From Solirubrobacterales bacterium (GTDB lineage: Bacteria; Actinomycetota; Thermoleophilia; Solirubrobacterales; 70-9), in NCBI GenBank assembly GCA_040901495.1, contig JBBDYO010000047.1, positions 1 through 63,416 of the forward strand: a DNA stretch of 63,416 nt. The letters run 5' to 3'. The position numbers were made by a program, and so were the translations under genes. Positions 8,439 to 15,753 of this stretch are shown in pieces (the first letter of the stretch is position 1; every line of letters begins with the position of its first letter). Below the pieces are notes generated by a model. That model saw only the letters and a program-made list of their open reading frames with translations, was not told where the DNA came from and did not search any database.

Positions 8439-10328
8439 CTACCAGGCGAAGCGACGGCCGAAGAAGAGAACTCCGCCGAGGGCGAGTGCGGCGGTGCCGA
8501 GCCCGATTCCCAGGGGTACCCACGGGTCCGGGCCAGAGTCCTCGTCGGCCGTGAAGGGAGCCGCCGACGCGGGGGGTTCGGCCGCTGCCGATTCCGGCTC
8601 CTCGCCGACGGGCCCGGTGGTCCCTGTGCCGGGCGCGAAGGGCAGCCCTTTCTCGCCCGGGGATGCGGGCGCGGGGCTCGGGGCGCTCCCCGAACCGGAG
8701 CCGCCGCCGCCCGGGGCCGGCGATTCTGGGGCTTCTTCGGTCCCCGGCGAGACGCCTCCCCCCTGCGGCGTAGGAGCGGGTGTCGGCGACGGCCCCGGGA
8801 GGGGGTTGGGGCCGGGTTGGGTCTTGCGCGGCACCGGGGGAATCGGGAACGCCTCTTCGGCGACCGCGGCAAGCGCCTGGCCGGTCACCCATACCGGGGT
8901 CTGGTCCCTTGAGTCGGAGTACCTGTAGTGGCCGTCTTCCCCCTGGCGCGCCGCGAGGTAGTCGAGGGCGCTCTTGCCCCCCTCGCGAACCGACGCGGGG
9001 TCCTCGCCAACGGCGAGCATCCCCTGAACCGCCCAGGCGGTCGACTGGGAATTGACCTCGCCGGCGCCCCCCAACGGAAACCCACCGCTGGGACGCTGCA
9101 CGCTGCGCAGAAAGGCGAACCCGCGGCGCGCGGCCTTGGTGTCGGGCATCGCCTGCATCACGGCGGCGGTCCCGTCGGCTGTGCTCGGCGACCCGGGGAC
9201 ATCGCCCCATCCACCGTCGTCGTTCTGGATCCGGGCGAGCCATGAGATCGAGACCTTCAACCCGCCGGTCACCCCCGCCGCGCGCAGGGCGAGGACGGCG
9301 AAAGCGGTCGAGCCCGGCCAGCCCTCGAATGACCCGCTCTCTCGGCGGCGCTTTTCAAGCGCCTTGACGAGGTCATGGCCGCCGAAGGACCGCGAATCGA
9401 TCCCGGCTCCCTCGAGGGCGAGGATGGTCCGGGCGAAATCGCCGCTGCTGCTCAGCTCATCGACCTGTCCGCGCAGGAAGTCGACCGGGGTTCGCCCGAG
9501 GCGGGCGACTTCAAGCGGGTTGCGACCCGCCGCCTCGAATCCCAGCATCACCCAGGCGGTGGAGTCGGTACTCGAATCGCGGTCGGGGGAGGAGCCCCAT
9601 CCACCGTCGGCGTTCTGGACGGAGAACAGCCAGCTGGTGGCGCGCTGCTCACCGGCCGCCCGGGCCTGGGCCGGCCATGCCGTCACCACCAGCGCGACTA
9701 CCGCCAGCAGCGCCGTCGCGCCAGCCGGGACACGCCACTCGAACCGCTCCCGGAAGCGCACCAGCATCCGCACCATCGCCGGACCCGCCACAAAGGCGAG
9801 GATAGCGTTGCCGATCGCGTGGGCCAAGTCGAACGGCACCGCGCGCGACTCCAGGACGAGGAATCGCTCCATTGAGAGATCGCCGCCGTAGGTGGCCATC
9901 AAGGAGAAGTTCAGCAGAGCACCGTAGGCGATTCCGGCGAGCCCGCAGACAACGGCCAGCGTGAGGCGCCCGGGGGTGCGACCGCGGCGCGCCAGCGCGG
10001 CGCCCAAGATCCCGCAGAGGCCCCAGCCGGCCATCTGCCAGGGCGTCCAGGGGCCCTGCCCAAACCAGAAGTTCGAGACCAGCGCGGCCAGCGCCCCGAC
10101 AGCGAACCCCGGCGCGCCGCCGAGCGCGATGCCGGCGAAGATGACGATGTCGGTGGTCGGCTTGACGTTGGGAAAGGCGGCAAAGGCGATCCGACCGGCG
10201 ATCGCCAGCGCGGCCAGGACAGCGACCAGCGCAACGACCTGGGAGGTCGGCCGCGAGCGCTCATACCAGGCGAAGCCCGCGATCAAGACGGCGCCGAGGA
10301 TCAGGAAGCTGGCCAGCTCCCAGGACAT
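8439..10328 (-). CDS. ECF transporter S-component-like membrane module fused to a prenyltransferase/squalene-cyclase-repeat (alpha/alpha toroid) domain, Pro-rich linker and C-terminal TM anchor
   Basis: N-terminal ~200 aa with multiple TM helices (NVKPTTDIVIFAG, SNFWFGQGPWTPWQM). Then repeats QNADGGWG, ESGSFEGW, QNDDGGWG, QRPSGGF and RQGEDGHYRY. A Pro/Gly-rich stretch follows, and the final helix ends LFFGRRFAW. Confidence 0.7.
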   Translation of the reverse strand: MSWELASFLILGAVLIAGFAWYERSRPTSQVVALVAVLAALAIAGRIAFAAFPNVKPTTDIVIFAGIALGGAPGFAVGALAALVSNFWFGQGPWTPWQMAGWGLCGILGAALARRGRTPGRLTLAVVCGLAGIAYGALLNFSLMATYGGDLSMERFLVLESRAVPFDLAHAIGNAILAFVAGPAMVRMLVRFRERFEWRVPAGATALLAVVALVVTAWPAQARAAGEQRATSWLFSVQNADGGWGSSPDRDSSTDSTAWVMLGFEAAGRNPLEVARLGRTPVDFLRGQVDELSSSGDFARTILALEGAGIDSRSFGGHDLVKALEKRRRESGSFEGWPGSTAFAVLALRAAGVTGGLKVSISWLARIQNDDGGWGDVPGSPSTADGTAAVMQAMPDTKAARRGFAFLRSVQRPSGGFPLGGAGEVNSQSTAWAVQGMLAVGEDPASVREGGKSALDYLAARQGEDGHYRYSDSRDQTPVWVTGQALAAVAEEAFPIPPVPRKTQPGPNPLPGPSPTPAPTPQGGGVSPGTEEAPESPAPGGGGSGSGSAPSPAPASPGEKGLPFAPGTGTTGPVGEEPESAAAEPPASAAPFTADEDSGPDPWVPLGIGLGTAALALGGVLFFGRRFAW

Positions 10329-12073
10329 CAGGCCCCCGCTCCCGGCTCATCGGGGGCACCGGGCGGCCGGGCCTCTCTGAGGCGCGCCGCGCCCTGCTCG
10401 GGGGTCACGACACCGGGAAGGTCGAGGATCCGGGCCACCTCGGTGGCGAAGTACCAACCGCCGGAGAGGATCTCCGCGGCATCGCCGTCGGCGATCACGA
10501 CCCCGTCGCCGAGGAGGACAACCCGCTCCGCAAAGGCCGCGGCGAACTCGACGTCGTGAGTGGCGACCATCACGCCAGCGCCACCGGCCGCGAAGCGTTC
10601 GATCAAGGCGACCAGGTCGTCCTTGCGGCCGCGATCCATCCCCCTGGTCGGCTCATCGAGGGCGACCAGCCCCGGCAGCTCTTGCTGCTCCATCCTGCCG
10701 GCCAGCGCGATCGCCAGCGCCAGCCTCTGCCGCTCGCCGCCCGAGAGGTCGCGCGGATCGGTATCGAGCGCGTGCTCCAGGCCCACCGTGCGCAAGGCGA
10801 CCAGGCCCAGGGCCCCCGGCAGCTCGTCCTCGACTCGCTCCCGGACCAGGTAGTCGGAGGGGTTCTGGGTCAGCAGCGCGATCCCGCCCGGCGCCTCCGC
10901 CTTGCCCCGGACCGGGCGAACAAGTCGTGCCGCGGCCCGCAGCAGGGTGCTCTTCCCGGCCCCGTTGCGCCCCATCAGCGCGACCCGTTCTCCAGCATGC
11001 ACGTCCAGCTCTATCCCTCGCAGCACGTCCCGGGCGCTCTCGCCGTCGCCAAGCTCGACCCATAGGTCCTTCGTCTCGAGCGCCATCGGATTTAGAGGAG
11101 GCTGGGGGCCTTGGTGGCGCGCTGGGTTTTTCGCCGTGGGCGATGCTTCGTTTGGAGAGTGGTCTGTGCGAAAAACAGGACGCCGCGCGCCACCAAGACC
11201 CCCAGCCTCCTCTCCAGTCGTGGTGCTTCTTCGCGCAAGGGCTTGGCGAGCTTGGCGCACACCGGTCGGGAGCGGGTCTATTCCGGCCAGTGAGAAGAGG
11301 CGGGCGCCCGGGGTCTCCAGCGCCGGGTCCGCGTCGCTTGCCCAGGCGAGGAAGTCGCCGGGGGCGCCGTCGAAGGCGATCGCACCCGAGTCCATCGCGA
11401 TGACGCGGTCGGCGGCGGCGAGGCAGCGCTCCAGCCGGTGCTCGGCGAGGAGCACCGTCACCCCCCACTCCTCGTTGAGGCGGCGCAAGAGCCAGATCAG
11501 CTCATCGCCGGCGACGGGGTCGAGCTGGGAGGTCGGCTCGTCGAGCAGGACCAGCTGCGGGCGCGTGACCAGAGCGGCGGCAAGGGCGACGCGCTGGATC
11601 TCCCCCCCGGAGAGCGTGTCGACCGTTCGTTCGAGGAGCTGGGGGATCGCCAAGGCCAGGGCCACCTCCTCCACCGCTCGCGCGCGAGACGCAGGGGCCT
11701 CGCCGCGCATCTCGAGGGGCAGCTCGATCTCCGCCGCGACGGTGGTCGAGACGACCTGGGTCTCGGGGTCCTGGGCCACATAGCCGACCGCGGTGGCCAG
11801 CTCGCCCGGGCCGCTGGAGATTGCGTCGAGGCCGGCGACGCTGACGCCACCGGAGATCTCCCCGCCGTGGAAGTGGGGAACCAGGCCGCAGGCCGCGCGC
11901 AGCAGGGTCGACTTCCCGCAAGCCGAGCGCCCGGCGAGCAAGGCGAACTCCCCGGCCCCCAACTGGGTCGAGACCCCGGCGAGGGCCGGGCGGGTGGCGT
12001 GCGGATAGCTGTAGGTGAGCTCATCCACCACGAGGGCAGGAGTGGACCGGGACGGAGCGGCGAGCTCAGGCAC
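10328..12073 (-). CDS. ECF transporter ATPase with two fused ABC domains (EcfA-EcfA')
   Basis: Two Walker A motifs (GRSACGKST, GRNGAGKST), two signatures (LSGGEIQR, LSGGERQR) and two Walker B motifs (LLDEPT, ALDEPT). The likely GTG start at 12073 overlaps the ecfT stop. The N-terminal extension to 12454 in the ORF track is out-of-frame junk over ecfT. Confidence 0.8.
   Translation of the reverse strand: MPELAAPSRSTPALVVDELTYSYPHATRPALAGVSTQLGAGEFALLAGRSACGKSTLLRAACGLVPHFHGGEISGGVSVAGLDAISSGPGELATAVGYVAQDPETQVVSTTVAAEIELPLEMRGEAPASRARAVEEVALALAIPQLLERTVDTLSGGEIQRVALAAALVTRPQLVLLDEPTSQLDPVAGDELIWLLRRLNEEWGVTVLLAEHRLERCLAAADRVIAMDSGAIAFDGAPGDFLAWASDADPALETPGARLFSLAGIDPLPTGVRQARQALARRSTTTGEEAGGLGGARRPVFRTDHSPNEASPTAKNPARHQGPQPPLNPMALETKDLWVELGDGESARDVLRGIELDVHAGERVALMGRNGAGKSTLLRAAARLVRPVRGKAEAPGGIALLTQNPSDYLVRERVEDELPGALGLVALRTVGLEHALDTDPRDLSGGERQRLALAIALAGRMEQQELPGLVALDEPTRGMDRGRKDDLVALIERFAAGGAGVMVATHDVEFAAAFAERVVLLGDGVVIADGDAAEILSGGWYFATEVARILDLPGVVTPEQGAARLREARPPGAPDEPGAGA
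11094..11213. repeat. 120-nt palindromic (foldback) element in-frame in the ecfA inter-domain linker
   Basis: 29-nt arms at 11094-11122 and 11185-11213 are reverse complements with one mismatch, which becomes G-U on the coding-strand RNA. An inner 9-nt pair is GTTTTTCGC (11126-11134) and GCGAAAAAC (11168-11176). Confidence 0.85.
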
Positions 12074-12968
12074 GCGACGCCTCTGGCGCGGAGTGGCGGG
12101 CCGGGCGACGACGGAGCGGCGCGAAGCCGCTCGCGACGATGAGCGCACAGATCGCCACGGTCGAGGGGCGGATCCCCACCTCGACGGTCGGGTAGAAGCG
12201 GACGTCGTTGGCGCCCAGCAGCAGGCCGGCGATGGCAACAGCCAGAAGCAGCGCCCCCACCGTGTAGAAGCGCGCGTCATAGCGGGAGCGGGATCGAGCT
12301 CCCTTCGCCCGGGGCGCGTCGAGGCCGTAGCCGCGCAGCTCCAGTGTCGCGGCGACGTCGACGGCACGGTCGAGCGATCCGGCGAGGAGCCGGCGGGCGA
12401 GGGCGGCGCGGCCCAGCGGCGCGGCAGCCGGCCCGCGAAGGCGGCCGGCGTCACGGAGGCGCACCGCGTCCGCGGCGGCCACCGGGACGAGGCGCGAGAC
12501 CAGCGCCGCGGTCAGCGCCGAGCGGCCGGCCAGCGGCCGCAGGGCGCGGAGCACCCGGTCTGGATCGACGCAGGCCGAGTAGACGGCAAAGGCGACCATC
12601 GCGACGGCGGCGCGGAGGCCGATCACCGCACCGGCGACGATCGCCTCAGCGGTGACATCGACCCGGCCGAACAGCGGCCACTCGCCAAGCCGCAGCAGCA
12701 CAGTGTCGCCACGGTCGACGACAAGCGCGTTGACCGCAACGATCAGCACCGCGAGCGTCAGGCCCATCCACAGCGCGGCGCGGACGGCGTCGCGCGCGCC
12801 GGCGTTAAGGCCCGCCAGGACCACCGCGATCCCTGCGGCCACCAGCACAGCCGGGTTCGAGTAGAGAAAGGTCACGGTGACCAGAGCGCCGAGATAGGCG
12901 ACCGCCGCGCCGGGCGACGCCGACTGCAACGGTCCAGGCTTGGGCGTGTAGGCAAATGGCGATCTCAT
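12066..12968 (-). CDS. ECF transporter transmembrane component EcfT (CbiQ family)
   Basis: 300 aa from MRSPFAYTPK, multiple TM helices and Arg-rich coupling-helix region (RSALTAALVSRLVP ... RLRDAGRLRG). Overlaps its neighbours at both ends. Confidence 0.7.
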   Translation of the reverse strand: MRSPFAYTPKPGPLQSASPGAAVAYLGALVTVTFLYSNPAVLVAAGIAVVLAGLNAGARDAVRAALWMGLTLAVLIVAVNALVVDRGDTVLLRLGEWPLFGRVDVTAEAIVAGAVIGLRAAVAMVAFAVYSACVDPDRVLRALRPLAGRSALTAALVSRLVPVAAADAVRLRDAGRLRGPAAAPLGRAALARRLLAGSLDRAVDVAATLELRGYGLDAPRAKGARSRSRYDARFYTVGALLLAVAIAGLLLGANDVRFYPTVEVGIRPSTVAICALIVASGFAPLRRRPARHSAPEASRA

Positions 12969-13882
12969 CGCACCGGAAGCGGTGTCGTCTTCCCACCTTC
13001 GACAGCCACCGCGTAATGGTCCCGCAGGCTGGCGGCGTCGAGCAGCTCGGCGGCGGAGAGCACGCCGCGGGCATCGGCACCGGTGACGATCCAGACCGGA
13101 GGAGCGTCGTATCGCCGCGTCGCGGCGACCAGGCCGGCACCGGGGCCAAACCGACGAACGAACTCGCCGCCTTCGTCGAGGCCTTGCAGTTCGAAGCGCG
13201 ACCCGCGCCGCGCGAAGTCCGCGAACACCCCGCTTTCCTGCGGACCCGACTCGAGCTGCGCGGCCACCGCCACCTCGCGAACCCGCCCCCACGGACCGAC
13301 CAGGACTTCGATCGCGTCCTCCGGCGAGCCGGTAGCCGGAGAGACGCCCGCTCCTTCAAGTCGTTCCCGCACCATGGCGCAAGCCTCCCCACCGCCCCGG
13401 CAATCCACCGTCACCGGGTGCTCCTCTTCGTCGTATCCACCGAGGAACGGCTGGGGCCAGGACCCGACCACCGCCGGCACTCGCGACGCAGCCGACCAGT
13501 CGCGGTAGTCCCACCAGATCGCCTCGCCCCCATGCATTGAGTAGTCCGCCGCGCCCACCGGAGACTCAACCCCGTTGACGTAGAAGAACCAGTCGTAGCG
13601 CCGGCCGGCATGCACGTCTTCTGAGACCCCGTTGATCGACGCCACGAACCCGCCGCCGTAGCGGGTCGAGATCTCGGCGTTGCGATCGAGGACCCGCATC
13701 ACCGTGTCGGACTCGGTGATGTCCTCGGAGATTGGCGCGACAACGTCGGCCGCGCCGAAGTCCCTCGTCACTCTGACTTCGGCCTCACCGACCTCCTCGC
13801 CGGCGCCGAAGCCGCTGCCGGCGGCCGCGAGCGCTGCTCCAAGCAGCGCAATCGCGACCGCCGTAACGCGGCGTGCCTTCAA
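12965..13882 (-). CDS. secreted DUF4430-domain protein (transcobalamin beta-domain-like) with extra C-terminal domain
   Basis: Signal peptide KARRVTAVAIALLGAALAAAGS. Core YGGGFVASINGV ... RYDWFFYVNG typical of DUF4430. TTG start at 13882 preceded by AAGGCAGG; alternative upstream starts up to 13951. Confidence 0.65.
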   Translation of the reverse strand: MKARRVTAVAIALLGAALAAAGSGFGAGEEVGEAEVRVTRDFGAADVVAPISEDITESDTVMRVLDRNAEISTRYGGGFVASINGVSEDVHAGRRYDWFFYVNGVESPVGAADYSMHGGEAIWWDYRDWSAASRVPAVVGSWPQPFLGGYDEEEHPVTVDCRGGGEACAMVRERLEGAGVSPATGSPEDAIEVLVGPWGRVREVAVAAQLESGPQESGVFADFARRGSRFELQGLDEGGEFVRRFGPGAGLVAATRRYDAPPVWIVTGADARGVLSAAELLDAASLRDHYAVAVEGGKTTPLPVR

Positions 13883-13892
13883 GGAACCTGCC

Positions 13893-14630
13893 TTAGGGGC
13901 ACTTACCACCGATGCAGACCGCCTCGCGGTTGGAGGGGATGTCCTTCCCATGCGTGGCGATCAACTCAGTCGGCTTGTTGATGACCACCTCTGTGCCGCC
14001 GTCGTTGCCGGTGAGGCCGGTCCCACCGGTCACCTTGACGCCGGAGGCCGGTCTTTTTTTGCCCGTGTCGTCGTAGGTGAAGACATGGACTTCGAACGGC
14101 TTGCCGGCGACTGCTTTGCCAGGAGCCCTCAGCGAGAGCTCATTGGGGTAAGGGAACCCGGCGAGCGCCCAGAGGACTTCGTCGCCTTTCTTCACCTTCA
14201 CCGACTCGCCCCCGATTTCGGGGTTTTTGTGGTTGACCTTCAGGTACCAGGAGCGTTTCGGGGTGTAAACGGATTTACCGATCCCGCAGAGCCCGAGCCC
14301 GAAGTCGAAGGCGTCGGTGATCAGCAACGGCCGCAGCGCCGCCGTGTACTTGGATGCCTGAATCAGCATGCCGAGCGCGGTCGGGCCTTTGATCGTCAAT
14401 TTGCTGCCGCTGCCGCCGGTCCCGGAGCCGAAGCAATCCGCTTTCGGGCTCGCGACCACCGACGTGGTGGCGGTCCCGAACGAGTCTTCGGCCAGCACCT
14501 TGTTGCCGCTCCCGACGACGCGCAGATCCGCGACCGGCCCTTTGGCCACCGCGATTGCCGCGGTCGAGAGGATGAGAATTGAGGCCAGCACGCACGCGGC
14601 GACCAGCCGATTTGGAATGAGTCTTGGCAT
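13893..14630 (-). CDS. secreted DUF4430-like protein with Ig-like C-terminal domain
   Basis: Signal peptide MPRLIPNRLVAACVLASILILSTAAIAVA. Contains WYLKVNHKNPEIGGESVKVKKGDEVLW, then a beta-rich FEVHVFTYDDTGK domain. First gene after the riboswitch. Confidence 0.55.
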   Translation of the reverse strand: MPRLIPNRLVAACVLASILILSTAAIAVAKGPVADLRVVGSGNKVLAEDSFGTATTSVVASPKADCFGSGTGGSGSKLTIKGPTALGMLIQASKYTAALRPLLITDAFDFGLGLCGIGKSVYTPKRSWYLKVNHKNPEIGGESVKVKKGDEVLWALAGFPYPNELSLRAPGKAVAGKPFEVHVFTYDDTGKKRPASGVKVTGGTGLTGNDGGTEVVINKPTELIATHGKDIPSNREAVCIGGKCP

Positions 14631-14661
14631 TTAAGCCACCCTTTCCTCGAGGGTTGTCATG

Positions 14662-14845
14662 GCTCGGCCGGGGACAGGTCTCCTGGCTTCCGGGGTGATT
14701 GGCCGCACCTTCCCAGGGACTCAGTGTCGCCCCCAGTGGCTGGCGCAACGTGCGCCTGCGACTTCCTTGCCCGGTCACAGTGGCGGGACCGCGCCGGTTT
14801 CTCACCGGACTTCCCTTGACCACCGACCGTATGTACGCGGGTGAG
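14662..14845 (-). promoter_or_regulatory. cobalamin (B12) riboswitch
   Basis: The minus strand reads GGUGGUCAAGGGAAGUCCGGUGAGAAACCGGCGCGGUCCCGCCACUGUGACCGGG ... GCCAGCCACUGGGGGCGACACUGAGUCCCUGGGAAGGUGCGGCC ... GGAAGCCAGGAGACCUGUCCCC. This gives the B12 box (plus coordinates 14672-14688) and two GCCACUG elements in canonical order. Confidence 0.9.
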
Positions 14846-14985
14846 TCTATATGGCGATCGCGAACGATCGACCACACCATCTTCCTCAGCGTTAGAGAAA
14901 GCGAACGTTTGTCCAATCATCTTGGGGTATCGTTTAGAGCGAACTAGATTCGATCTCCCAAGCAGCTCCAACCGTAAGGGGGGAT

Positions 14986-15687
14986 ATGAGGCAACGGAAT
15001 CGGTTCGGTTCACCGGCTTTGATCATCGCGATCATCGCGATGTTCATAGCCCTTGGCGGCACTGCTGTCTACGCAGCCAAGAAGATCGACGGCAAGTCGA
15101 TCAAAGTGAAGTCAATTCCGGGCAACCGCCTCAAGCCGCGCTCCGTCACCGCCAAGCAGCTCAGCCTGGGAGTGCTGCTCGGCGCCGAATCCGCCCAGAT
15201 CACCGGCAAACAGATCAACGAGGCGAGCCTCGGTCAGGTCCCGAGTGCCATCCACGCCAATACGGCCGATACCGCCCGCAGCGCCACCGACGCCCTCACC
15301 GCGCTGACCGCGGTGAATGCCATCTCCGCGGAAAAAATCAACGGCCACAGCGCCGGCTGCCTGCCGGGGACACAACTCTTCGCCGGTGCCTGTTGGGAGA
15401 GCTCGGCCAGTACCAATGTTGCCGACGCAGTGAGCGCCGCAGTTTCTTGCGGCTTTAAAGGCGGAACGCTCCCTAGTGCTCTTGAGCTTTCGGCCTTTGC
15501 CCAAGGATCTGGAGCAACACTCGATGCAGGAGGTGAGTGGGCGAGCGACATTGTGAGCTTCACAAGCAAAAACGTCTTCGCAGTGGGCACCGTGACCTCT
15601 GATGGGGCAATTGACTCGGCCATCTTCAATAGCGGCGGGATGAGCGCGAACAGGAAATTCCGCTGCGTGATTCCCCTGGTCAAGTAA
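14986..15687 (+). CDS. membrane-anchored hypothetical protein with fibre-like middle and Cys-containing globular C-terminus
   Basis: Strong RBS AAGGGGGGAT before the ATG and an N-terminal TM helix ALIIAIIAMFIALGG. The C-terminal part (GGTLPSALELSAFA) vaguely resembles Lcl/DUF1566-type domains. Confidence 0.5.
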   Translation: MRQRNRFGSPALIIAIIAMFIALGGTAVYAAKKIDGKSIKVKSIPGNRLKPRSVTAKQLSLGVLLGAESAQITGKQINEASLGQVPSAIHANTADTARSATDALTALTAVNAISAEKINGHSAGCLPGTQLFAGACWESSASTNVADAVSAAVSCGFKGGTLPSALELSAFAQGSGATLDAGGEWASDIVSFTSKNVFAVGTVTSDGAIDSAIFNSGGMSANRKFRCVIPLVK

Positions 15688-15753
15688 CCACGGGCACCGA
15701 TCAAACGGACGCCCATCCGACCCGGTATTACGCCCCCTCTATTCTCAAATCAG

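Noticed and set aside
8357-8872. N-terminal 172-codon extension of the nitroreductase ORF (7847-8872).
   Set aside because: The extension is Arg/Pro junk overlapping the 3' end of the 8439-10328 gene. The recognisable nitroreductase sequence begins at the ATG at 8356.
11084-11086. Possibility that the second ABC domain is a separate gene starting at this ATG.
   Set aside because: There is no in-frame stop between the two NBDs, so the frame is continuous. The sequence just upstream on the mRNA is CCUCCUC (anti-SD), not an RBS. Internal initiation cannot be excluded without data.
12074-12454. N-terminal extension of the ECF ATPase ORF to 12454.
   Set aside because: It overlaps ecfT in another frame and has no ABC features. 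The first NBD begins just after the GTG at 12073, which overlaps the ecfT stop.
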